Shown: positions 7,568 to 14,890 of the stretch, one piece after another
How positions within the stretch are numbered: the first letter of the stretch is position 1
Layout: every line of letters begins with the position of its first letter
The notes under the pieces: model-generated
Databases searched by the model: none
Told to the model about the DNA's origin: nothing
The model's input: the letters and a program-made list of their open reading frames with translations, nothing else
Position numbers and translations under genes: made by a program
Assembly: GCF_003334255.1 (NCBI RefSeq)
Contig: NZ_QOWU01000078.1
Reading direction: 5' to 3' (one strand)
DNA: 14,890 bases
Source of the DNA: Escherichia coli
GTDB taxonomy: Bacteria > Pseudomonadota > Gammaproteobacteria > Enterobacterales > Enterobacteriaceae

Positions 7568-8305
7568 GCGCCATTCGCCTGGCATAATCTTTTGCCAGGT
7601 TTCATTGCCCGTCAGCGGCTGTGTTGCAATCACCGTGACCACATCATTCGGTGTGGTCTGCGAGCTGAAGTCGATTTCCACATCCTGATCCAGCAACGTT
7701 GCCACGCCAAACGGCGCGCGGCGGGTGATCCAGTGTAAATTAGTCGAGCAATACGCCATTACATAGCGCCCGTCCGAAAGCAGCATGTTGAAAACGCCCT
7801 TCTGCCGCAGTTCATCCGCCAGTGAGGCGATATATTTAAATACCGCCGCCATGTTGCCCGGTGTGCGCGGGTAACGCTGCGTTAATTTATGCAGGAGCCA
7901 GCAGAAGGCTTTTTCGCTGTCGGTTTCGCCTACCGGGCGGAAGTTGCCGGTTTCCAGTGATTTGTAGCCCGTCAGTTGTCCGTTATGGGCATAAGTCCAG
8001 TTACGCCCCCATAACTCGCGGGTAAATGGGTGAGTATTTTCCAGCGCCACCTCGCCCCGATTAGCCTGGCGAATATGAGCCACCACCGAACAGGATTTTA
8101 TCGGGTAGTCCTGGACAAGTTTGGCGATGGGGGAATTAAAGCTGGGTTGTGGATCTTTAAATGTGCGACAGCCTTTACCTTCGTAAAAGGTAATGCCCCA
8201 GCCATCTTTATGTGGCCCGGTTCCACCACCACGCTGTACAAGCCCGGTGAAACTAAAGCAGATATCGGTAGGGACGTTGGCGCTCATCCCGAGCAATTCG
8301 CACAT
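7538..8305 (-). CDS. yafJ: Class II glutamine amidotransferase-like protein YafJ
   Basis: The ORF 7538..8320 contains [19 protein letters not shown]... from codon 6 (255 aa). An N-terminal nucleophile Cys follows Met, typical of class II amidotransferases. A GGAGG Shine-Dalgarno sequence lies upstream of this start. The 3' end overlaps yafK convergently by 30 nt. Confidence 0.9.
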   Translation of the reverse strand: MCELLGMSANVPTDICFSFTGLVQRGGGTGPHKDGWGITFYEGKGCRTFKDPQPSFNSPIAKLVQDYPIKSCSVVAHIRQANRGEVALENTHPFTRELWGRNWTYAHNGQLTGYKSLETGNFRPVGETDSEKAFCWLLHKLTQRYPRTPGNMAAVFKYIASLADELRQKGVFNMLLSDGRYVMAYCSTNLHWITRRAPFGVATLLDQDVEIDFSSQTTPNDVVTVIATQPLTGNETWQKIMPGEWRLFCLGERVV

Positions 8306-8368
8306 GGGTAACCTCCACAACAGCGGGAGCGCATGGCCCCCGGCGAAGATTGATTTAAGAATTTTCAG

Positions 8369-8503
8369 GTCGGATGCGGCGTGAACGCATTATTCGGCCT
8401 ACGGTTCGCGTACAGATTTGTAGGCATGATAAGACGCGTCAGCGTCGCATCAGGCATCAGCGCACAAATGCCGGATGCGGCGTAAACGTCTTATCCGGCC
8501 TAC
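8369..8503. repeat. BIME: three REP units between yafJ and gmhA
   Basis: GTCGGATGCGGCGTGAACGCATTATTCGGCCTAC (8369-8402), GTAGGCATGATAAGACGCGTCAGCGTCGCATCAGGCAT (8420-8457) and GCCGGATGCGGCGTAAACGTCTTATCCGGCCTAC (8470-8503). Confidence 0.85.
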
Positions 8504-8510
8504 GCCAGAC

Positions 8511-9089
8511 TTACTTAACCATCTCTTTTTCAATCAACTGGATCAGGATATGGATCACTTTAATGTGAATCTCCTGAATGCGGTCGGCATAACCAAAGTG
8601 CGGTACGCGAATTTCGATATCCGCCGTGCCAGCCATTTTGCCGCCGTCTTTACCGGTCAGGGTGATCACTTTCATTCCCTTCTCACGCGCCGCTGCGATC
8701 GCTTTGATCACGTTTGCAGAGTTACCGGAGGTGGAGATCCCCAGCAGTACATCGCCTTCGCGACCTACCGCTTCAACGTAGCGGGAGAAAATATCATTGA
8801 AACCGAAATCATTACCGACGCAGGAAATATGACTAACGTCAGAAATAGCAATCGCCGGGTAGCCCGGACGGTTTTCACGGTAGCGACCGGTCAACTCTTC
8901 GGCAAAGTGCATAGCGTCGCAATGGGAACCGCCGTTGCCGCAGGAAAGCACTTTGCCACCGGCTTTAAAGCTGTCTGCTAACAGGACCGCCGCGCGCTGA
9001 ATGGCGTGAATATTGGCGTCATCTTTTAAAAAGTTAGCCAGCGTTTCCGCCGCTTCGTTCAGTTCGTTACGAATAAGATCCTGGTACAT
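8511..9089 (-). CDS. gmhA: Phosphoheptose isomerase (sedoheptulose-7-phosphate isomerase), LPS core heptose biosynthesis
   Basis: The ORF 8511..9122 contains [20 protein letters not shown]... from codon 12 (192 aa). The SIS-domain motif ([16 protein letters not shown]) is present. Confidence 0.9.
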
Positions 9090-9290
9090 GAGGATATCCT
9101 TCAGCATAAATGTAATAGACAAAATGCAGTGTACCGGATACCGCCAAAAGCGAGAAGTACGGGCAGGTGCTATGACCAGGACTTTTTGACCTGAAGTGCG
9201 GATAAAAACAGCAACAATGTGAGCTTTGTTGTAATTATATTGTAAACATATTGCTAAATGTTTTTACATCCACTACAACCATATCATCAC

Positions 9291-9307
9291 AAGTGGTCAG
9301 ACCTCCT
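9291..9307. promoter_or_regulatory. Candidate FadR operator upstream of fadE
   Basis: AAGTGGTCAGACCTCCT matches the FadR consensus AACTGGTCNGACCTGTT at 14/17 positions, about 20 bp upstream of the fadE start. Confidence 0.55.
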
Positions 9308-9328
9308 ACAAGTAAGGGGCTTTTCGTT

Positions 9329-11773
9329 ATGATGATTTTGAGTATTCTCGCTACGGTTGTCCTGCTCGGCGCGTTGTTCTATCACCGCGTGAGCTTATTT
9401 ATCAGCAGTCTGATTTTGCTCGCCTGGACAGCCGCCCTCGGCGTTGCTGGTCTGTGGTCGGCGTGGGTACTGGTGCCTCTGGCCATTATCCTCGTGCCAT
9501 TTAACTTTGCGCCTATGCGTAAGTCGATGATTTCCGCGCCGGTATTTCGCGGTTTCCGTAAGGTGATGCCGCCGATGTCGCGCACTGAGAAAGAAGCGAT
9601 TGATGCGGGCACCACCTGGTGGGAGGGCGACTTGTTCCAGGGCAAGCCGGACTGGAAAAAGCTGCATAACTATCCGCAGCCGCGCCTGACCGCCGAAGAG
9701 CAAGCGTTTCTCGACGGCCCGGTAGAAGAAGCCTGCCGGATGGCGAATGATTTCCAGATCACCCATGAGCTGGCGGATCTGCCGCCGGAGTTGTGGGCGT
9801 ACCTTAAAGAGCATCGTTTCTTCGCGATGATCATCAAAAAAGAGTACGGCGGGCTGGAGTTCTCGGCTTATGCCCAGTCTCGCGTGCTGCAAAAACTCTC
9901 CGGCGTGAGCGGGATCCTGGCGATTACCGTCGGCGTGCCAAACTCATTAGGCCCGGGCGAACTGTTGCAACATTACGGCACTGACGAGCAGAAAGATCAC
10001 TATCTGCCGCGTCTGGCGCGTGGTCAGGAGATCCCCTGCTTTGCACTGACCAGCCCGGAAGCGGGTTCCGATGCGGGCGCGATTCCGGACACCGGGATTG
10101 TCTGCATGGGCGAATGGCAGGGCCAGCAGGTGCTGGGGATGCGTCTGACCTGGAACAAACGCTACATTACGCTGGCACCGATTGCGACCGTGCTTGGGCT
10201 GGCGTTTAAACTCTCCGACCCGGAAAAATTACTCGGCGGTGCAGAAGATTTAGGCATTACCTGTGCGCTGATCCCAACCACCACGCCGGGCGTGGAAATT
10301 GGTCGTCGCCACTTCCCGCTGAACGTACCGTTCCAGAACGGACCGACGCGCGGTAAAGATGTCTTCGTGCCGATCGATTACATCATCGGCGGGCCGAAAA
10401 TGGCCGGGCAAGGCTGGCGGATGCTGGTGGAGTGCCTCTCGGTAGGCCGCGGCATCACCCTGCCTTCCAACTCAACCGGCGGCGTGAAATCGGTAGCGCT
10501 GGCAACCGGCGCGTATGCTCACATTCGCCGTCAGTTCAAAATCTCTATTGGTAAGATGGAAGGGATTGAAGAGCCGCTGGCGCGTATTGCCGGTAATGCC
10601 TACGTGATGGATGCTGCGGCATCGCTGATTACCTACGGCATTATGCTCGGCGAAAAACCTGCCGTGCTGTCGGCTATCGTTAAGTATCACTGTACCCACC
10701 GCGGGCAGCAGTCGATTATTGATGCGATGGATATTACCGGCGGTAAAGGCATTATGCTCGGGCAAAGCAACTTCCTGGCGCGTGCTTACCAGGGCGCACC
10801 GATTGCCATCACCGTTGAAGGGGCTAACATTCTGACCCGCAGCATGATGATCTTCGGACAAGGAGCGATTCGTTGCCATCCGTACGTGCTGGAAGAGATG
10901 GAAGCGGCGAAGAACAATGACGTCAACGCGTTCGATAAACTGTTGTTCAAACATATCGGTCACGTCGGTAGCAACAAAGTTCGCAGCTTCTGGCTGGGCC
11001 TGACGCGCGGTTTAACCAGCAGCACGCCAACCGGCGATGCCACTAAACGCTACTATCAGCACCTGAACCGCCTGAGCGCCAACCTCGCCCTGCTTTCTGA
11101 TGTCTCGATGGCAGTGCTGGGCGGCAGCCTGAAACGTCGCGAGCGCATCTCGGCCCGTCTGGGGGATATTTTAAGCCAGCTCTACCTCGCCTCTGCCGTG
11201 CTGAAGCGTTATGACGACGAAGGCCGTAATGAAGCCGACCTGCCGCTGGTGCACTGGGGCGTACAAGATGCGCTGTATCAGGCTGAACAGGCGATGGATG
11301 ATTTACTGCAAAACTTCCCGAACCGCGTGGTTGCCGGGCTGCTGAATGTGGTGATCTTCCCGACCGGACGTCATTATCTGGCACCTTCTGACAAGCTGGA
11401 TCATAAAGTGGCGAAGATTTTACAAGTGCCGAACGCCACCCGTTCCCGCATTGGTCGCGGTCAGTACCTGACGCCGAGCGAGCATAATCCGGTTGGCTTG
11501 CTGGAAGAGGCGCTGGTGGATGTGATTGCCGCCGACCCAATTCATCAGCGGATCTGTAAAGAGCTGGGTAAAAACCTGCCGTTTACCCGTCTGGATGAAC
11601 TGGCGCACAACGCGCTGGTGAAGGGGCTGATTGATAAAGATGAAGCCGCTATTCTGGTGAAAGCTGAAGAAAGCCGTCTGCGCAGTATTAACGTTGATGA
11701 CTTTGATCCGGAAGAGCTGGCGACGAAGCCGGTAAAGTTGCCGGAGAAAGTGCGGAAAGTTGAAGCCGCGTAA
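9329..11773 (+). CDS. fadE: Acyl-CoA dehydrogenase FadE (beta-oxidation)
   Basis: The ORF 9251..11773 contains [24 protein letters not shown]... from codon 27 (814 aa). A Shine-Dalgarno sequence (AAGGGG) lies about 8 nt upstream of the ATG at 9329. An acyl-CoA dehydrogenase core follows the N-terminal membrane segment. Confidence 0.95.
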
Positions 11774-11781
11774 ATGAATAA

Positions 11782-11806
11782 CGGAGCCGAAAGGCTCCGT
11801 TTCTTT
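11782..11806. terminator. Candidate bidirectional intrinsic terminator between convergent fadE and ivy
   Basis: CGGAGCC-GAAA-GGCTCCG hairpin (7-bp GC-rich stem, 4-nt loop) followed by TTTCTTT on the plus strand and flanked by an A/T-rich run on the other side. Confidence 0.6.
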
Positions 11807-11815
11807 ATCCGCTAA

Positions 11816-12289
11816 TTATTTAAAATTAAAGCCATCCGGATGGTTTTCCAGGCTGCCGGTCAACGCCGCGAACAACACCGTTTTACCATCAATCGAAAGC
11901 GCATCGTTCACATTCAGCCAGGTGAGTTTCTCTTGCGACGTTTTCTCATCAATAGTCGAGAACAGCCCCGTCATCTGATTAGATTTCTCGGACCACATCA
12001 CAGCGATACGTTGCGAGCCACAGTCATGCGGTTTGCACGCGCTCATCACCTGATACGTCTCATCTCCCAACGTTACGGTTTGTGCGGGAGTATAAGTACC
12101 GCCTTTCATCACCCAGGCAGGCAGCTTATGCCCTTGTACCATCTGATTAAATGCAGCTTTGGTGGTTTCGCCCTTTGCAAGGCTGCTAATGGTTAAATCA
12201 TCCTGCGCCATTGCACTGGTGGCGATGACCAGAGCGGCGACTGTCGTTATTGCCTTAAACATCATTCCTCCCGAGCTTATCCTGCCCAT
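11816..12289 (-). CDS. ivy: Inhibitor of vertebrate (C-type) lysozyme, periplasmic
   Basis: 157-aa ORF matching recalled Ivy, with a signal peptide (MFKAITTVAALVIATSAMA) and the CKPHDC inhibitory loop motif. Confidence 0.9.
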   Translation of the reverse strand: MGRISSGGMMFKAITTVAALVIATSAMAQDDLTISSLAKGETTKAAFNQMVQGHKLPAWVMKGGTYTPAQTVTLGDETYQVMSACKPHDCGSQRIAVMWSEKSNQMTGLFSTIDEKTSQEKLTWLNVNDALSIDGKTVLFAALTGSLENHPDGFNFK

Positions 12290-12442
12290 GTTATTAACCT
12301 CCTAAAGCCTGGCGATAACACGATAATTTGCAAATCAGATATTTCCAATATCAGCATTTGTTATCAATTTATTCTGCGCTAAGGCAACTGCCTGATAAGG
12401 TGTTAAAGTTATAAAACCCTTCGCATAAAGGAGTTGTACACC

Positions 12443-13213
12443 GTGCCTGGTTTGAAGATTACGCTTTTGCAGCAACCACTGGTGTGGATGGATGGTCCTG
12501 CCAACCTGCGTCATTTTGATCGTCAACTGGAAGGTATTACCGGGCGCGATGTGATCGTTCTACCGGAGATGTTTACCAGCGGCTTTGCCATGGAAGCGGC
12601 AGCTTCGTCGCTAGCACAAGATGACGTAGTGAACTGGATGACAGCTAAGGCGCAGCAGTGCAATGCGCTGATTGCAGGCAGTGTTGCATTACAAACGGAG
12701 TCTGGTTCGGTTAACCGCTTTTTGCTGGTTGAGCCGGGCGGCACGGTACATTTTTATGATAAGCGTCATCTGTTCCGCATGGCAGATGAGCATCTACATT
12801 ATAAAGCGGGCAATGCGCGAGTGATTGTGGAATGGCGCGGCTGGCGTATTTTGCCGCTGGTGTGCTACGACTTACGTTTTCCTGTGTGGTCGCGCAATCT
12901 CAACGATTATGACCTCGCCCTGTACGTCGCCAACTGGCCTGCTCCGCGCTCTCTGCACTGGCAGGCATTGCTGACGGCCCGCGCGATTGAGAATCAGGCG
13001 TATGTGGCGGGATGCAATCGCGTCGGCAGCGATGGCAACGGCTGCCATTATCGCGGTGACAGCCGGGTGATTAATCCGCAAGGAGAGATTATCGCTACTG
13101 CCGACGCGCATCAGGCAACGCGCATTGATGCGGAGCTGTCGATGGCAGCATTGCGGGAATATAGAGAAAAGTTTCCGGCATGGCAGGATGCGGATGAGTT
13201 TAGGTTGTGGTGA
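12443..13213 (+). CDS. yafV: Nitrilase-superfamily omega-amidase (2-oxoglutaramate amidase) YafV
   Basis: CN-hydrolase fold with the catalytic triad context (E in VLPEMF, K in YDKRHLF, C in LVCYDLRFP). The GTG start at 12443 is chosen 9 nt after the AAGGAG Shine-Dalgarno sequence; the ORF-track TTG at 12434 directly abuts it. Confidence 0.9.
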   Translation: MPGLKITLLQQPLVWMDGPANLRHFDRQLEGITGRDVIVLPEMFTSGFAMEAAASSLAQDDVVNWMTAKAQQCNALIAGSVALQTESGSVNRFLLVEPGGTVHFYDKRHLFRMADEHLHYKAGNARVIVEWRGWRILPLVCYDLRFPVWSRNLNDYDLALYVANWPAPRSLHWQALLTARAIENQAYVAGCNRVGSDGNGCHYRGDSRVINPQGEIIATADAHQATRIDAELSMAALREYREKFPAWQDADEFRLW

Positions 13214-13253
13214 GTGGGGGTTGTGTTTAAGGACGGGGAGAGTCGGGGTATTA

Positions 13254-14390
13254 CTACGAAAGCCCGCTCCCCGCAAGGACTGACGCCAGGTAGTTTCTGT
13301 CCATGGCTGCTTTTCGCATCTTACGTCTTAACCCTGCCTTGAATACCTTCTCATTCGTCAAAATATTAATAGCAATGTGCCGTATCCCTGAAAATAATTC
13401 TGCTGCGTTTCCTCTTCTTATTTTGTAGTCGTCTTCATTCATTACCACGTCCAGACGCCTGTGCAGCTTATTCTCCACGTGCCAGTGGTTTCGGATTGCT
13501 GTGGCGAACTTCTCTGCGGTTAAATCAGCAGAACTGATATAATATCTGACCGTCATTTCGAGCTCTTTCTTTTGTTCTGCTATTATGGACCGAAAGGAGA
13601 CTGCCACGCATAATTTCTTCAGCCCTTTCCATTCAAACGTGAAATCAATAAGTTCATCAGGGACATCGCAAACAATATGAAGACGGATTTCTTCTCTGCC
13701 GTGACTCTTTTCACTCATTGCGTAACTGTCATGCTCTGGATTATTTAATTCTTTCAGCGGAAATTTTTCCTCAAAGGCTTTATTTAGCCGCCCCTGGTTT
13801 CCTTTTACCGCGAATAAATAATCACCTCCCTGTTTTTGTATCTTCTCTGCAATATCTTTCTGGCAACCCATCGCATCAGTTGTGATGATTTTTCCTTTAA
13901 TATCCAGCATGTTAAGAAGTTCAGGGATAGCTGTAATCTCATTGGATTTCTCATCCGTCCTGATCTGTCCGATGACCAGACTGTGCATTGTTGAGAACGC
14001 ACTAATGACATGAATCGCTCCCTTGCGGCGACTCTTGTCATAAGAATGCCGGAGTGTTTTTCCATCAATTGCGATGACGTCTTTATCATCTGAAGTATGG
14101 CAATCTCGCATCCAGTTAATAAAGCACTCGTGAAATTTTGAAGGACTGATACAGGATACAACTCTGGCGATGGTATCGTGAACAGGAATACCATTTTCAA
14201 AATCACCATATTGTTTTAAAAAATCGAGATGTGTTTCCCCAAAATCCTCTATATCTTCCCAGCCTTCTGCACCAGAAATAACGGCACAAATAGTCAACAG
14301 TAGAATATCCGATAATTTATGTTCCACTTTCCAGGCTTGTCTGTAATCGGGGATAATAGAAATATGTTCCATCAATTTTTTAAGTTCCAT
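13254..14390 (-). CDS. ISAs1-family transposase (H-repeat-associated ORF-H protein), apparently intact
   Basis: 378-aa ORF closely resembling E. coli H-repeat proteins (YhhI/YdcC/YbfD family). The K-12 equivalent position is recalled to hold only a short remnant (yafF). The IS ends were not delimited. Confidence 0.85.
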   Translation of the reverse strand: MELKKLMEHISIIPDYRQAWKVEHKLSDILLLTICAVISGAEGWEDIEDFGETHLDFLKQYGDFENGIPVHDTIARVVSCISPSKFHECFINWMRDCHTSDDKDVIAIDGKTLRHSYDKSRRKGAIHVISAFSTMHSLVIGQIRTDEKSNEITAIPELLNMLDIKGKIITTDAMGCQKDIAEKIQKQGGDYLFAVKGNQGRLNKAFEEKFPLKELNNPEHDSYAMSEKSHGREEIRLHIVCDVPDELIDFTFEWKGLKKLCVAVSFRSIIAEQKKELEMTVRYYISSADLTAEKFATAIRNHWHVENKLHRRLDVVMNEDDYKIRRGNAAELFSGIRHIAINILTNEKVFKAGLRRKMRKAAMDRNYLASVLAGSGLS

Positions 14391-14488
14391 TTTGTTCTCC
14401 TTAATTATGTAAGGAGTATTTGATCATGTATAAGCAATAAAAAACAGCTTCAGGTAATGAGGAATATCTCAATTTTTAAACATAAAAT

Positions 14489-14534
14489 GCGAATTATTTA
14501 GTACAAAAAATCAGCGTTACGTGATCTTTCCCTG
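14489..14534. repeat. Direct repeat copy 1 (~46 bp)
   Basis: GCGAATTATTTAGTACAAAAAATCAGCGTTACGTGATCTTTCCCTG. Near-identical copy at 14741-14787. Confidence 0.6.
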
Positions 14535-14740
14535 CCCCTGCGCTCACTACCATGGCTCTTTACCACAGCAGCCGGGGTTGTTTGGGACCGACTTCCGACA
14601 GCAGATCCCGGTGGGCCTGCCACCATCTCTTCACAAGCTTATGCTTATTACATGCAAAACGTCCCGTTTTGCATCTTTGTGCCTACGGCACACCGGTGAT
14701 CTTTCCCTGATGAGGGATATATTAACTATTGAACATTAGC

Positions 14741-14787
14741 GCGAATTATTTAGTGCAAAAAATCAGCATCACGTGATGCTTTTCCTG
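14741..14787. repeat. Direct repeat copy 2 (~47 bp) containing a 16-bp perfect palindrome
   Basis: GCGAATTATTTAGTGCAAAAAATCAGCATCACGTGATGCTTTTCCTG. AGCATCACGTGATGCT is a perfect palindrome with a CACGTG core. Confidence 0.6.
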
Positions 14788-14890
14788 CTATTAATAACCT
14801 CCTCTATTTAACTGGTGATGCTGCCAACTTACTGATTTAGTGTATGATGGTGTTTTTGAGGTGCTCCAGTGGCTTCTGTTTCTATCAGCT

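Noticed and set aside
4298-8503. Repeated 35-38-bp palindromic units, considered as a possible CRISPR array
   Set aside because: The units alternate in orientation, have no regular spacer architecture, and match the canonical E. coli REP/BIME consensus. No cas genes are present.
8374-8981. Plus-strand ORFs 8374-8568 and 8475-8981
   Set aside because: The first is a REP translation. The second is antisense to gmhA, whose frame has clear SIS-domain homology.
9251-9328. 26-codon N-terminal extension of fadE from the ORF-track start
   Set aside because: The K-12-length protein begins at the MMILSIL start at 9329, which has a Shine-Dalgarno sequence. The extension overlaps the candidate FadR operator and promoter.
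9382-11608. Minus-strand ORFs inside fadE (9382-9645, 9395-9892, 10472-10963, 11043-11540, 11420-11608)
   Set aside because: All are antisense to the strongly supported FadE frame and have low-complexity translations.
11840-13276. ORFs antisense to ivy and yafV (11840-12196, 12335-12526, 12523-12744, 12872-13276)
   Set aside because: They overlap well-supported genes on the opposite strand and have no ribosome-binding site or recognisable domains.
13805-14209. 134-aa minus-strand ORF nested in the transposase gene
   Set aside because: It is an alternate frame inside the 378-aa ISAs1-family ORF.
14521-14739. 72-aa plus-strand ORF between the direct repeats
   Set aside because: It has no ribosome-binding site and a Pro/Cys-rich, non-protein-like composition. 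The region is better explained as repeat or regulatory DNA, although a small RNA is not excluded.

Overview
This window is an Escherichia coli chromosomal segment that matches, in reverse orientation, the K-12 interval yafV–ivy–fadE–gmhA–yafJ–yafK(dpaA)–yafQ–dinJ–yafL–rayT–lfhA'–lafU'–PdinB; gene identities and K-12 comparisons are from recall of protein sequences and gene order, since no searches could be run. Most of it is ordinary core genome with known accessory scars: the Flag-2 deletion remnant (lfhA'/lafU'), a RayT 'REPtron' flanked by REP/BIME arrays, and the LexA-controlled dinJ-yafQ toxin-antitoxin pair. The main discovery candidate is at the left edge: the dinB promoter, its SOS box and the first 14 nt of dinB are intact, but the reading frame then breaks into foreign DNA that encodes a 514-aa large serine recombinase. 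This looks like the terminus of a mobile element integrated into codon 5 of dinB, with a perfect 14-bp palindrome spanning the junction and a second LexA-like box abutting the recombinase start codon. The element interior lies beyond the window start, so its cargo and type are unknown. At the right edge there is an intact 378-aa ISAs1-family (H-repeat) transposase where K-12 carries only a remnant, followed by an unexplained pair of ~46-bp direct repeats with CACGTG palindromes.
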